From a virus: DNA of 64,000 nt. This document shows, piece after piece, positions 19,195-29,055 of the stretch; position 1 is the first letter of the stretch; each line of letters starts with the position of its first letter. The DNA lies in IMG/VR virus record IMGVR_UViG_3300021091_000014, positions 32,001 to 96,000 of that record; one strand, 5' to 3'. A program made the position numbers and the translations under genes. Below the pieces are notes generated by a model. That model was not told the origin of the DNA. It saw only the letters and a list, made by a program, of their open reading frames with translations, and did not search any database.

Positions 19195-20174
19195 TTGTAA
19201 CTAAAACACCACTTAGGGTAAGTTTTTTTGGCGGAGGCACTGACCTCCCAGAGTTTTACGATCACTTACCCGGAGCAGTTCTTTCTGCTGCTATTGATAT
19301 TAATATGTTTATTGCTATCAATGAATCACCTAAGCAGAGAGTTAAAGCGTGCTATGACGAGATTGAAATAGTAGATACTGCTGCTTACCTTAATCACAAT
19401 AGAATAAGAGAAACTTTATTATACTATAACGTACATAACAACATTGAGATATCTTCTTTCTGTCACATACCAACTAAAGGTACCGGGCTAGGATCATCAT
19501 CAACGTATACTGTTGGACTGTGTAAGGCTATTTCAGAATATATTAAGCAACCGGCTACCAAGCATGAATTAGCCGATTCTGCTTACTTTATTGAAAGACA
19601 AAGATGTAATGAAAAACTCGGTAAGCAGGATCAATATGCAGCTGCATTTGGAGGTATTAACCTAATTCAATTTTATTCTAACGAAACGGTAGTTAATCCT
19701 GTTAATATTACTTACGATAGAATAAAAAAACTAGAAGACAATCTAATGTTTTTCTACACCAACATTACAAGAAAATCTAACGATATATTAGAAAAACAAG
19801 CACAAAGTTCCCTTGAGGATAATAAGGTAAAATATAACCTTAAAAAAATGGCTGACTGCGCCCTTGACGGAACAAAGATATTAACAAAGTCAAGTAGGTT
19901 ATCTGACTTAGGTAGCATGCTAGACTACTCCTGGGCTCTTAAGCGACAAGTGACTAAAGGCATCTCAAATGATATTATTGATTCATATTATTCAGATGCA
20001 CTTAGCGCCGGCGCATTAGGTGGTAAGCTTCTTGGTGCCGGGGGCGGAGGCTTCCTAATGTTTTACGTACCAGAAAAAAATCAATCCAAAGTTAGACAAA
20101 AGCTCTCTTCATTACAAGAATATAAATTTAAATTTTCATTTAACGGCTCTGAGGTTGTATTAAATGCTAATTAA
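19191..20174 (+). CDS. hddA: GHMP kinase, D-glycero-D-manno-heptose-7-phosphate kinase (HddA-like)
   Basis: PLRVSFFGGGTD, GTGLGSSS, GKQDQYAAAFGG, GGKLLGAGGGG. Confidence 0.88.
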   Translation: MIVTKTPLRVSFFGGGTDLPEFYDHLPGAVLSAAIDINMFIAINESPKQRVKACYDEIEIVDTAAYLNHNRIRETLLYYNVHNNIEISSFCHIPTKGTGLGSSSTYTVGLCKAISEYIKQPATKHELADSAYFIERQRCNEKLGKQDQYAAAFGGINLIQFYSNETVVNPVNITYDRIKKLEDNLMFFYTNITRKSNDILEKQAQSSLEDNKVKYNLKKMADCALDGTKILTKSSRLSDLGSMLDYSWALKRQVTKGISNDIIDSYYSDALSAGALGGKLLGAGGGGFLMFYVPEKNQSKVRQKLSSLQEYKFKFSFNGSEVVLNAN

Positions 20175-20772
20175 CGCTCTTGCTCTTACCGATTTTAAAC
20201 AGGATTACTTAAATCAACTTAGTAGTGGACTTGATAGTATTGATCTAAACGCTCTTGACTTGTTCTATAATGAAATTGTTAATACAGTTAAAAATGACAA
20301 AACAATATTTGTCTGTGGTAACGGAGGTTCTGCTGCTATTGCCGAACACCTCTCCTGTGATCATTCGAAAGGGGTAGCCTCTAACACTCGTCTAATACCG
20401 AGAGTTATTTCGTTAAATAGTAATATGTCTTTACTTACCGCTACCGCTAACGATTACGGATACGATAAAGTTTTTTCCACTCAACTAGTACTACAAGGTA
20501 GAAGTGGTGATTTATTAATAGCTATTTCCAGTAGCGGCAACTCTCGAAATATTATAGAAGCAATATCTACTGCGAAAGCTTTAGGAATAAAAACTTCTTC
20601 CCTCACCGGATTTTACGGCGGGGAGACGAAAAATAAAAGTGATATTAATATTCACGTACCAATTCATAATTACGGAATTGTAGAGGATTGTCATCAGATT
20701 ATCATGCATATCGTAGCTCAGTACATACGCACGATACATACTGAGGTAGATATAAAAAGCGTAAAGCTATAA
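20164..20772 (+). CDS. gmhA: Phosphoheptose (sedoheptulose-7-P) isomerase
   Basis: CGNGGSAA.AEH, TATANDYGY, ISSSGNS.NI, EDCH. Confidence 0.9.
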   Translation: MLINALALTDFKQDYLNQLSSGLDSIDLNALDLFYNEIVNTVKNDKTIFVCGNGGSAAIAEHLSCDHSKGVASNTRLIPRVISLNSNMSLLTATANDYGYDKVFSTQLVLQGRSGDLLIAISSSGNSRNIIEAISTAKALGIKTSSLTGFYGGETKNKSDINIHVPIHNYGIVEDCHQIIMHIVAQYIRTIHTEVDIKSVKL

Positions 20773-20781
20773 TATATTAAA

Positions 20782-21639
20782 ATGATTTTACTTGATCTAA
20801 ATCAGGTTATGATTGCTAATTTTATGTCTCAAATTGGTAATCATACTGATACTAAAATAGAAGAAGGCCTATTCAGACATATGGTCTTAAACTCTATTCG
20901 CCTATTAAAACAGAAATTTTCTGATTATGGTGAATTAGTTATTGCTTGTGATGATAAGAAATTGTGGCGACGTGAAGTCTTTTACTACTATAAAGCTAAT
21001 AGAAAAAAATCTCGGGACGAATCAGAGCTTGATTGGGCTAGCATCTTTAGTACTCTTAATAAAATAAAACTCGAGCTTAAAGAGTACTTTCCCTACAGAG
21101 TAATTCAAGTTGAAGGGGCCGAGGCCGATGATGTTATTGCTACTTTAGTACATACTTACGGCACATTTCTTAATACTAATAGAATTATTATTTTATCCGG
21201 AGATAAAGACTTTAGACAGCTTCACTGCTATACTAATGTTTCTCAGTTTGACCCTATTAACAAAAAGTTTATTAATGTTGACGAACCGGAAAAATATTTA
21301 AAAGAACTTATAATTAAAGGCGATAGAGGGGATGGTATTCCTAACATCTTATCACCCGATGATTGCATTATTTCCGGCGCAAGGCAAAAACCAATAAGTT
21401 CTAAAAAACTTGAATACTATTTAAAACTAAATGAAAATGAAATATTAAATGATACTACAGTTAGTAAAAACTGGCAAAGAAATAAAATATTAATTGATTT
21501 AGATAGTATACCGGAAAATATTAAAAATCTAATTATGGACGAGTATCACGACCAGGATAATAAACCTAGAGACAAAATATTTAATTACATGATAAATAAT
21601 AAAATGAAAGTATTGATTGAACATATAAATGAGTTCTAA
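20782..21639 (+). CDS. rnh: T4-like RNase H (5'-3' exonuclease)
   Basis: LLDLNQ, YKANRK, EADDVIA, SGDKDF.QL, GDRGDGIPN. Confidence 0.93.
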   Translation: MILLDLNQVMIANFMSQIGNHTDTKIEEGLFRHMVLNSIRLLKQKFSDYGELVIACDDKKLWRREVFYYYKANRKKSRDESELDWASIFSTLNKIKLELKEYFPYRVIQVEGAEADDVIATLVHTYGTFLNTNRIIILSGDKDFRQLHCYTNVSQFDPINKKFINVDEPEKYLKELIIKGDRGDGIPNILSPDDCIISGARQKPISSKKLEYYLKLNENEILNDTTVSKNWQRNKILIDLDSIPENIKNLIMDEYHDQDNKPRDKIFNYMINNKMKVLIEHINEF

Positions 21640-22049
21640 TGAAAAAATCTATCTATAACATACTCAAAGAATGCGCTGAACCTAAATCAGTTAATGATAG
21701 GGTTGAGCTGCTTCAGAAAAACGGCATTCCTGTAGTCAAGCAAATATTAAAATACGCTTTTGACCCTAATATTATTTTTGATTTACCGGAAGGTGCACCT
21801 CCTTACAAGCCATGCGAATATCTAGATCAAGAAGGCAGGCTTTATGCTGAGGCAAGAAAGCTCTATCTTTTTACTAAAGATGGAAACCCAGCGCTTACTA
21901 AGTTTAAAAGAGAGATGATTTTTATTCAATTCATAGAAGGTATAGATAAGAAGGACGCTACTTTAATTATAGCGGTCAAAGATAAAACTCTACCCTTTAA
22001 GGGATTAAATAAAGATGTTGTTAAGAAAGCATTTCCAGACCTGTTTTAA
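21639..22049 (+). CDS. Conserved T4-like hypothetical protein
   Basis: LPEGAPPY, KRE.IFIQ..E pattern; translationally coupled to rnh. Confidence 0.7.
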   Translation: MKKSIYNILKECAEPKSVNDRVELLQKNGIPVVKQILKYAFDPNIIFDLPEGAPPYKPCEYLDQEGRLYAEARKLYLFTKDGNPALTKFKREMIFIQFIEGIDKKDATLIIAVKDKTLPFKGLNKDVVKKAFPDLF

Positions 22050-22051
22050 TT

Positions 22052-22219
22052 ATGAGTAAAACGCTTAAAAAATTTCGTAAATTATACGAGCCTGAGGAAG
22101 GCGCACATCAGGTTAAAAGACGCAAATCAAATTTTAATAATAAAAAATTAAGATCTTTAGATAACATTCTTAAAACAAAAGATGTAAAAAAGATCTTAAA
22201 TTATGAGGAAAAAATTTAG
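22052..22219 (+). CDS. Small basic protein (55 aa, not in track)
   Basis: Hand translation MSKTLKKFRK...YEEKI; fills the gap on the coding strand. Confidence 0.55.
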   Translation: MSKTLKKFRKLYEPEEGAHQVKRRKSNFNNKKLRSLDNILKTKDVKKILNYEEKI

Positions 22220-22228
22220 GAGAAGACA

Positions 22229-22372
22229 ATGGGATGGTTTTGGAATAACCCTATAATGAATAAAATAGAAGCCGGGCTTATCACGCTTACAAATAAACTT
22301 TGGCGTAAAAGACGAGAGCACGAAAAAAAACTAGTAGAGAAAATTAAAGAGCAGAATAAAGTAAAAAGATAG
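22229..22372 (+). CDS. Small protein (47 aa, not in track)
   Basis: AGGAG RBS; MGWFWNNP... Confidence 0.55.
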   Translation: MGWFWNNPIMNKIEAGLITLTNKLWRKRREHEKKLVEKIKEQNKVKR

Positions 22373-22374
22373 TA

Positions 22375-22611
22375 ATGCCAACATACACATTTAAAGATGT
22401 TAATACTGGTGAAGTTACAGAACATGTAATGAGAATTTCTCAACTAGATGAATTTAAAAAATCTAATCCTCATTTAGAGGCTTACATTTCAGGTTCTCCC
22501 GGACTTAGTGATCCAGCAAGACTAGGTTTAGTTAAACCAGCATCTGGGTTTCGTGATCTGTTAAAAAATATGAAGAAAAAGCACAGGAGAAGTACGATTA
22601 ATGATTTTTAA
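22375..22611 (+). CDS. Conserved phage hypothetical protein (MPTY-type, FmdB-like N-terminus lacking Cys)
   Basis: MPTYTFKD..TGE...NPHL...GFRDLL; position upstream of phoH. Confidence 0.7.
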   Translation: MPTYTFKDVNTGEVTEHVMRISQLDEFKKSNPHLEAYISGSPGLSDPARLGLVKPASGFRDLLKNMKKKHRRSTINDF

Positions 22612-22613
22612 AG

Positions 22614-23375
22614 GTGCCCATGGCAAAACGATCGAGTAATAATCAAACCTCCACTTCCAATACAGATAATTTTGACAGAATTAGTACTCAAACTACTCTT
22701 AAAATTAAATTAGATAATCTAAAAACTTTTACTCCTCTAACTAATAATCAAAAACTTTTTTTTGAAGCTTATAAGCGCGGCGACTATTTCGTTGCTCTAC
22801 ATGGAGTAGCCGGCACAGGAAAAACTTTTATTGCACTCTATAAAGCACTAGAGGAAGTGCTTGATAAATCAAATCCATTTAATAAAATAATTATTGTTAG
22901 ATCAGCAGTACAGTCTCGAGAAATAGGACATCTTCCAGGTGATGTTGGTGAAAAGATGGAAATCTTCCAACAGCCCTATAGACAGATTTGCGAGATTTTG
23001 TTTGAAAGAAGAGATGCATGGGATAGGTTGGAAGAGCAGCATCATGTAGAGTTTATTTCAACTTCATTTATTAGAGGTATGTCGTTTGACGATGCAATTA
23101 TTATTGTAGACGAAATGCAAAATATGACATTTGAAGAAATAGATACGGTAATGACTCGAGTGGGGTATAGGTCTAAAATAATTTGGTGTGGTGATTATAG
23201 ACAAACCGATTTGAATAAAAAGAAAAACGATATGAGTGGTATTTTAAAGTTCTTTAACATAGCTCATCATATATCAGCCTTCACAAGAATAGAATTTACG
23301 CCAGACGATATAGTAAGAAGTTCTCTGGTTAAGGATTACATTTTAGCTAAGATGCAGTACGAAGATGGCAATTAA
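22614..23375 (+). CDS. phoH: PhoH-family ATPase
   Basis: GVAGTGKT, IGHLPG, RGMSFD, DEMQN, GDYRQTD, DIVRS. Confidence 0.95.
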   Translation: MPMAKRSSNNQTSTSNTDNFDRISTQTTLKIKLDNLKTFTPLTNNQKLFFEAYKRGDYFVALHGVAGTGKTFIALYKALEEVLDKSNPFNKIIIVRSAVQSREIGHLPGDVGEKMEIFQQPYRQICEILFERRDAWDRLEEQHHVEFISTSFIRGMSFDDAIIIVDEMQNMTFEEIDTVMTRVGYRSKIIWCGDYRQTDLNKKKNDMSGILKFFNIAHHISAFTRIEFTPDDIVRSSLVKDYILAKMQYEDGN

Positions 23376-23399
23376 ACTCATTTTTTTAAAGGAGCAATA

Positions 23400-24071
23400 A
23401 TGAATACTACTTTATCGGCAGTTCAAACTCTTAATACAGCTGTAGCAGGGGTATTAAGCCGTATGACGGTGGGTATTTTTCTTACAATGGTCGCAGCCGG
23501 GCTATTGGCAGCAACGGGTCTTGTGCCTATTCTTTTTTCGGGCGTGGTGGGTTGGATAATTGTTTTTTTACCTCTAGTAATGAGTTTGGGTTTAATGTGG
23601 AAGGGAGAAAATCTTACTACAGGTGGAATTAAACTTTGGTTTTTTGCCTTCTCTGCAGCAATGGGCCTAAGTCTTAGTTTATTGTTCCACGTTTATACTT
23701 CAGCCTCCATTGTTATGGCATTGGTAGGGACAACGGTAAGCTTTGGAGCGTTAGCAGGGTGGGGATACTTTACCAAGCGAGATATTTCTTCCTGGGGATC
23801 ATTTTTGTTTGCAGGAGTCATCGGACTAATCGTTGTTAGTCTTTTTAATATTTGGTTTGCTTCATCAGCATTACAAATGACTCTAAACGTTTTGACCATT
23901 GTAATCTTTCTTGGGCTCACTGCATACGACATGAACCGTATTCGTGATATGTTCTGGAATGTTACAGAGGGAGAAGTTAACCGCTTACAATGGTTTAGTG
24001 CTCTTTCTCTTTACATTAATTTCATAAATATATTTGTCTCTATCTTACAATTGTTTGGCAACAGGGAATAA
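23400..24071 (+). CDS. Bax inhibitor-1/YccA family membrane protein
   Basis: About 7 hydrophobic segments; GYFTKRD, GLTAYD, ALSLYINFINIF. Confidence 0.9.
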   Translation: MNTTLSAVQTLNTAVAGVLSRMTVGIFLTMVAAGLLAATGLVPILFSGVVGWIIVFLPLVMSLGLMWKGENLTTGGIKLWFFAFSAAMGLSLSLLFHVYTSASIVMALVGTTVSFGALAGWGYFTKRDISSWGSFLFAGVIGLIVVSLFNIWFASSALQMTLNVLTIVIFLGLTAYDMNRIRDMFWNVTEGEVNRLQWFSALSLYINFINIFVSILQLFGNRE

Positions 24072-24481
24072 TGGCATACTCAAATAAAGTAATCGATCAT
24101 TATGAAAACCCTCGCAATGTTGGTTCTTTTGCAAAAGATGACAATGATGTAGGAACTGGTATGGTTGGAGCTCCTGCGTGCGGTGACGTTATGAAGCTTC
24201 AGATTAAGGTAGACGAAGATGGAATTATTACTGATGCACGTTTTAAGACATATGGTTGTGGATCGGCAATTGCGAGCAGTTCACTAGTCACAGAGTGGGT
24301 CAAAGGCAAAACTCTTGACCAAGCGATGGAAATTAAAAATACACTGATTGCTGAAGAGCTCGCGCTTCCACCCGTCAAGATACACTGCTCCATATTAGCA
24401 GAGGATGCGATCAAAGCTGCTATTGCAAACTACAAGGACAAATATGCTAACCGTAACTCCGAATGCGCATGCACAAATTAA
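24071..24481 (+). CDS. iscU: Fe-S cluster scaffold
   Basis: [36 protein letters not shown]. Confidence 0.97.
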   Translation: MAYSNKVIDHYENPRNVGSFAKDDNDVGTGMVGAPACGDVMKLQIKVDEDGIITDARFKTYGCGSAIASSSLVTEWVKGKTLDQAMEIKNTLIAEELALPPVKIHCSILAEDAIKAAIANYKDKYANRNSECACTN

Positions 24482-24752
24482 TTTAATACTCTCTGGTGAA
24501 GATTCAAAATATGTTCGCGCTTTTATTCAAGGGGGAGGGTGTAGTGGGTTCCAGTACGGCTTTACGATGGAAGATGATAAGAATGAAGACGATTTTGTAA
24601 TTGAAAATTTACTTGTAGATGCTATGAGCATGCAATATTTTGATGGTGCTACTATTGATTATAAAACAGATAAGCTTCAAGGCTCTTCTTTTGTAATTTC
24701 TAATCCAAACGCAAAAACTACTTGTGGTTGTGGTTCTTCTTTTGCTACCTAG
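24444..24752 (+). CDS. erpA: A-type Fe-S carrier (ErpA/IscA)
   Basis: [23 protein letters not shown]; likely start ATG 24444. Confidence 0.9.
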   Translation: MLTVTPNAHAQINLILSGEDSKYVRAFIQGGGCSGFQYGFTMEDDKNEDDFVIENLLVDAMSMQYFDGATIDYKTDKLQGSSFVISNPNAKTTCGCGSSFAT

Positions 24753-24765
24753 ATTCAAGATACAA

Positions 24766-25437
24766 ATGAATAAAAAATTTAAATATGAATTTTTACCTCA
24801 AATTGAATTAAAGGAAGAATATATTGATAGTAAGAGACATTATGTGACACCGGAAGGAAAAAAATATCCATCTGTTACCACGGTTATTGGCGACAGCATG
24901 GATAAAAGTGGACTTTATGAATGGAGACAAAAAGTAGGTAAAGAAGAAGCTGATAAGATTACTAAGTCAGCTGCGTCCAGGGGCACTAAAGTTCATAAAA
25001 TTTGTGAGGACTATGTATTAGGTAAGGAAAATTATTTAAAAGATAAAATGCCATCTAGCATTTCTCTTTTTAAACAAATACAACCCTACCTCGACGAAAA
25101 CATGACTAAAGTTTATGGAGTAGAAATTCCTCTGTATTCAGATTTTTTACAAACAGCCGGCAGATGTGATTTAGTATGTCACATGCATGATTGTTATACT
25201 ATAGTCGATTACAAAACTTCATCTAAGCCTAAAAAAGAAAATTGGATAGAAAATTACTTTCTACAGCTGACCACTTATGCAATGATGGTTGAGGAGCTTT
25301 ATAAAGTTCCCATTTCCTACATCATTATTTTAATAGCGGTAGAAGACGACAACCTGCAGTTTTTTGTAAAAAATCCTAAATCCTATAAAGATAAGGTAAC
25401 GGAAATATTCCGTAATTATAGTAAAAAGTTGATGTAA
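24766..25437 (+). CDS. PD-(D/E)XK exonuclease (Cas4-like phage exonuclease)
   Basis: YPSVTT, RGTKVH, AGRCD, VDYKTS, YFLQ..Y. Confidence 0.88.
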   Translation: MNKKFKYEFLPQIELKEEYIDSKRHYVTPEGKKYPSVTTVIGDSMDKSGLYEWRQKVGKEEADKITKSAASRGTKVHKICEDYVLGKENYLKDKMPSSISLFKQIQPYLDENMTKVYGVEIPLYSDFLQTAGRCDLVCHMHDCYTIVDYKTSSKPKKENWIENYFLQLTTYAMMVEELYKVPISYIIILIAVEDDNLQFFVKNPKSYKDKVTEIFRNYSKKLM

Positions 25438-25457
25438 TTACTCTCATACACTATAAT
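25429..25457 (+). promoter_or_regulatory. Sigma70-type promoter
   Basis: TTGATG (25429-25434), 17 nt, TATAAT (25452-25457); GAGGTG RBS follows. Confidence 0.7.
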
Positions 25458-25477
25458 ATAAATGTGTACTTAGAGAG

Positions 25478-25978
25478 GTGTATATGAGCGTAAATAATGA
25501 AATACTTTCCAAGCTTAATATTAAGCGAGGAACTATCGATACTATTGCTATTCAGGCAGTTAGAGAGTACCTGGATAAGCAATCTAGCCCCCTTAAAGCA
25601 GCAAACGCAATTATTGCTAAAGTAGGTATTAGTCCGGTTAGTAATAGAAAAAAAGCCTACGTGTTTGCTATGACCACTGTTGAACAAGCCCTTTATAATA
25701 TGACACCTGACATTGAATCTATCATTAAAAAATCTAACGAACGTATTCAAAAAATTACTGATATGTTAGGCCCATCCGCCTTTAAGATTAGTGATGAGAA
25801 AGAGCAGGAGCTTCTTAAAAAAGGTCCAAGCAAAAGATCTATTGCAAGAGACATATATCTAGAAAATAAAGATAAAGGCGAAAAAGCTATTATTGATTTA
25901 GTAGTAAAAGCTTTAGATGTTTCTAAACAAAACGCATACACTTACATCTACCTGGTAAAGAAAGATCTTAGTCTATAG
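25478..25978 (+). CDS. Hypothetical protein, possible C-terminal HTH
   Basis: IIDLVVKALDVSKQNAYTY; the real start may be ATG 25484. Confidence 0.55.
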   Translation: MYMSVNNEILSKLNIKRGTIDTIAIQAVREYLDKQSSPLKAANAIIAKVGISPVSNRKKAYVFAMTTVEQALYNMTPDIESIIKKSNERIQKITDMLGPSAFKISDEKEQELLKKGPSKRSIARDIYLENKDKGEKAIIDLVVKALDVSKQNAYTYIYLVKKDLSL

Positions 25979-26050
25979 TGGATGCTAAAGAGATAGTAAG
26001 ATTTTTAAAAGTTCTTAGGTACTACGTATCGCCATATTGGAGAACACGAA

Positions 26051-26800
26051 TTGAAGAAGTCATTACGAAAATTGGCGGTAGCTTGTAGTACTCTACTTCC
26101 GGTCTGTGCCTTAGCAGGGCTAGAGTCAGGCGCTGGAGAAAATTTAATTAGCGATAGATATACCTCCACCACGGCTTGTATGCTAGCCGAGCAAAAGGCA
26201 ATTAAACAAGCACTTGACAGATACAGCGGCAAACAATTTACAGTAGAAAAGAAAAACTTTTGTTACGATACTAAGGATTATAGTTACTGTAATTATTATA
26301 AAGAGTTAGACTATACTGTAGCAGGCACAATTCGTAAAATAGTAAATAGATCTGAAAAAATAGAAAATAGTATCTGCAAGGTTGCGGTAGTAATTGATAT
26401 AGAAGAACAACCCAAACCCATTAACGTTAATGTAAGCGGAAGAAATATTTACTTTGTTAATGAGCCTCTAAACTTTAAAATAAACGTAAATGAACCTGTT
26501 TTCTTTTATGCGTTTAACGTGCACCGTAAGGGTGTTGAGTTTTTATTTCCTTCAAAGTATTATGAAGAAAATAAATTTGAAGATGATTTTGACTTTCCTG
26601 GTTTTGGATTGAGATACGTAACAACACTTGACAAAGGAGTGAGTAGAGATGAAGAGCAAATCGTCTTTTTGTTCACAAAGCATCAAATAGATTTTGATAG
26701 AGTTGCGCTGGATCATAACATGTTGCATGAGATAATTAACTCGATACCAGTGCATTCACGAAGAACTTTTACCTATAAAATTTTTATTAAACGGAAATGA
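26051..26800 (+). CDS. Exported protein with a DUF4384-like C-terminal region
   Basis: N-terminal signal-like segment; F.INVNEP.FFY.FN....VEFLFP pattern. Confidence 0.5.
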   Translation: MKKSLRKLAVACSTLLPVCALAGLESGAGENLISDRYTSTTACMLAEQKAIKQALDRYSGKQFTVEKKNFCYDTKDYSYCNYYKELDYTVAGTIRKIVNRSEKIENSICKVAVVIDIEEQPKPINVNVSGRNIYFVNEPLNFKINVNEPVFFYAFNVHRKGVEFLFPSKYYEENKFEDDFDFPGFGLRYVTTLDKGVSRDEEQIVFLFTKHQIDFDRVALDHNMLHEIINSIPVHSRRTFTYKIFIKRK

Positions 26801-27489
26801 AAATGAAAATGATTATGACTTTCGTAGCAGCTTGTGCCCTTGGCCTTTTTACTACAGGGTGCTCTACTATCGGGCTAGGCGGCGATAAAGATAACAAGAT
26901 GGTTGAGATTCCAAAAAGTAAAATGGATCAAATACCTAAATGGTTTTTACAAAAGCCAGTTGACGGAGCTATAACAGTGACTGCAACTGATGTAAGTAAA
27001 GATATGCAATTTGCTATTGATAAAGCTACCCTTAATGCTAAAGTTCAACTGGCAGAAAGACTAGGAACAAAAGTTGACAGTCTAACAAGGGAAACTGCTC
27101 TAGAGTCCGGTCACGGTGTCAAGGAGGTTCAGCGAGAAATTGACCGAGTCTCTAAGGTTCGTATCAATCAAGAGCTTAATTTCTTTACTCGTGAGCATAT
27201 CGCAGTTGTACGTGAGGGGGATCATTTTAGAGCTTACGTAATGCTTAAAATTAGTAACAACGATGCTCGTCGACTCACTCAGAAAGATAACTCTAAATCT
27301 CGAGAAGAGAGGCTTAAAGAATTAGATAAGTCATCTTCAGTAGATGATCAGATTACAATTAGACCAGCATCTCAAGTTGATAGGTCTAAGATGATATCAA
27401 ACTCAATTAGTGATCAATCTGTAAAGGATCGTATCGCTAAGACTCTTGAAGATCCTAACGCAGTCGTCATAAACGCCACTATTCGTTAA
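26797..27489 (+). CDS. Lipoprotein (LPP20-like)
   Basis: Signal peptide ending TTGC; IPKWF, AIDKATLNAK.QLA. Confidence 0.65.
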   Translation: MKMKMIMTFVAACALGLFTTGCSTIGLGGDKDNKMVEIPKSKMDQIPKWFLQKPVDGAITVTATDVSKDMQFAIDKATLNAKVQLAERLGTKVDSLTRETALESGHGVKEVQREIDRVSKVRINQELNFFTREHIAVVREGDHFRAYVMLKISNNDARRLTQKDNSKSREERLKELDKSSSVDDQITIRPASQVDRSKMISNSISDQSVKDRIAKTLEDPNAVVINATIR

Positions 27490-27520
27490 TCTTTAAAATT
27501 CCGGCAACCTAAATATTCTT

Positions 27521-28144
27521 ATGTTTAGGTTGCTTAACCCTTTTCATACTGAATACGCATACTGCTCCAGGCCCTTACAAGCTAATTTAATTACTAATGA
27601 TAGTGTTCAGTATTACGATAAAGACGGATTCGAGCTTACAAAATTAGAGCAGGAATACTATTTTGTAAACGGGTTTGAGCCGTTTTTAAATACTTGCCTT
27701 AATCATAGATGCTGGCAGGAACCGTGGTTTGAAGTAGATAGTGAAAACTTTTTACTTGATCATAGTTTAATACTACATAGATGTTCTTTTATTGATGAGG
27801 CAAGAGAGCAGCTGATCAGCAATCAGAAAAAATGCTCTAAGTTAGTGTATTTACTACACGCCACTTCGAAGTGGGGGCTTGATTTTAATTTAGACTTCGT
27901 AGATAATAGTGGTAAATTAACCGAGGTTTTACATATTGAAATTGATACCAAAACTTATCATGAATTCTTACAACACAAAAAGGAGTTGGAATACTTCATC
28001 CTTAGCACCGATTGGGAAAACGTATATAAGTTTCTCGATCGTCATCGCAACGAATGGGAATGTCTAGCAGGCTTTGAACAAAATGACTGGAAAGCTAGAC
28101 AACTTGGATTTAAAAAAGCCGAAGTAACTCACAAGGCTATCTAA
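27521..28144 (+). CDS. Hypothetical protein
   Basis: 207-aa ORF, no recognised motif. Confidence 0.6.
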   Translation: MFRLLNPFHTEYAYCSRPLQANLITNDSVQYYDKDGFELTKLEQEYYFVNGFEPFLNTCLNHRCWQEPWFEVDSENFLLDHSLILHRCSFIDEAREQLISNQKKCSKLVYLLHATSKWGLDFNLDFVDNSGKLTEVLHIEIDTKTYHEFLQHKKELEYFILSTDWENVYKFLDRHRNEWECLAGFEQNDWKARQLGFKKAEVTHKAI

Positions 28145-28169
28145 GTTTCCTAAACAAACTGGAGGTTAT

Positions 28170-28730
28170 ATGCTAAAGTCAGTAGACACTTTAGACGATA
28201 AAACTACACTGGTGCTGAAATCGTTCATTTACGCTATATGCACCCTGTTAGTATTTACCTTGGTAACTACTACATTTAAGCAAAAAATTAATTCGTTTAG
28301 TTTAAACGGAATTCCAGCAACTTATACCGCAGAGCAAAGAGTTAAACAGTTAGATTGTTTAGCACTAAACATTTATAAAGAAGCTGGATACGAACCATTT
28401 GAAGGAAAGGTAGCAGTTGCCCAAGTAACTATTAACAGAGCAAATGATCCTAGATTTCCAAAAGACATTTGCCAGGTAGTTTATCAGAAAAATTTTTTTT
28501 ACAAAAAAACAGTCTGTCAATTTTCCTGGTATTGTGATATTATTCATAAAAACAGGCCTGTCAATCCAGCTGCATTTAATGAAAGTTACGAAGTCGCTAA
28601 AAAGGTATTGCTAGAAAATTTTCGTCTTAATGGACTTAAAGACGCTCTTTACTATCATGCAGATTATGTTAACCCTAAATGGAATAAAGAAAAGGTAGGT
28701 AAAATTGGACGCCACATCTTCTACAAATAA
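28170..28730 (+). CDS. Cell wall hydrolase, SleB/Hydrolase_2 family, N-terminal TM anchor
   Basis: CLALNIYKEA, AVAQVTINR, CQFSW, YYHADYVNPKW, IGRHIFY. Confidence 0.9.
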   Translation: MLKSVDTLDDKTTLVLKSFIYAICTLLVFTLVTTTFKQKINSFSLNGIPATYTAEQRVKQLDCLALNIYKEAGYEPFEGKVAVAQVTINRANDPRFPKDICQVVYQKNFFYKKTVCQFSWYCDIIHKNRPVNPAAFNESYEVAKKVLLENFRLNGLKDALYYHADYVNPKWNKEKVGKIGRHIFYK

Positions 28731-29055
28731 AAAAGTATTAAATTTAGATAGAATAAATTCTCTAGCATTAAAAGCTAGAGACTATCTAGCTGAAAAAGCC
28801 TCTCATTTATCAGCTGAAGGAGTAGGCTGGCTAGGCACAATGCTTATTCATTGTGCTACTATTCCTTCATTACTAGCATTAATTATTGGAGTATCAGATA
28901 CTTTACCTGCATTGGATGTAGTTTTATTTGTATGGGGTGGTCTATTGTTATTTTTTGTTAAAGCTCTCATAAAGAGAGACATGCTTAATATTATTACTAT
29001 CGGCGTAGGGTTTTTTGTTCAAGCAGTTTTGCTTGGTATGGTAGTATTTAAATAA
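28705..29055 (+). CDS. Small multi-TM membrane protein
   Basis: Three hydrophobic segments; start uncertain. Confidence 0.6.
   Translation: MDATSSTNKKVLNLDRINSLALKARDYLAEKASHLSAEGVGWLGTMLIHCATIPSLLALIIGVSDTLPALDVVLFVWGGLLLFFVKALIKRDMLNIITIGVGFFVQAVLLGMVVFK

Noticed and set aside
24766-25437. Cas4-like nuclease as evidence of CRISPR-Cas
   Set aside because: No array or other cas genes; this is the usual exonuclease near phoH in T4-like phages
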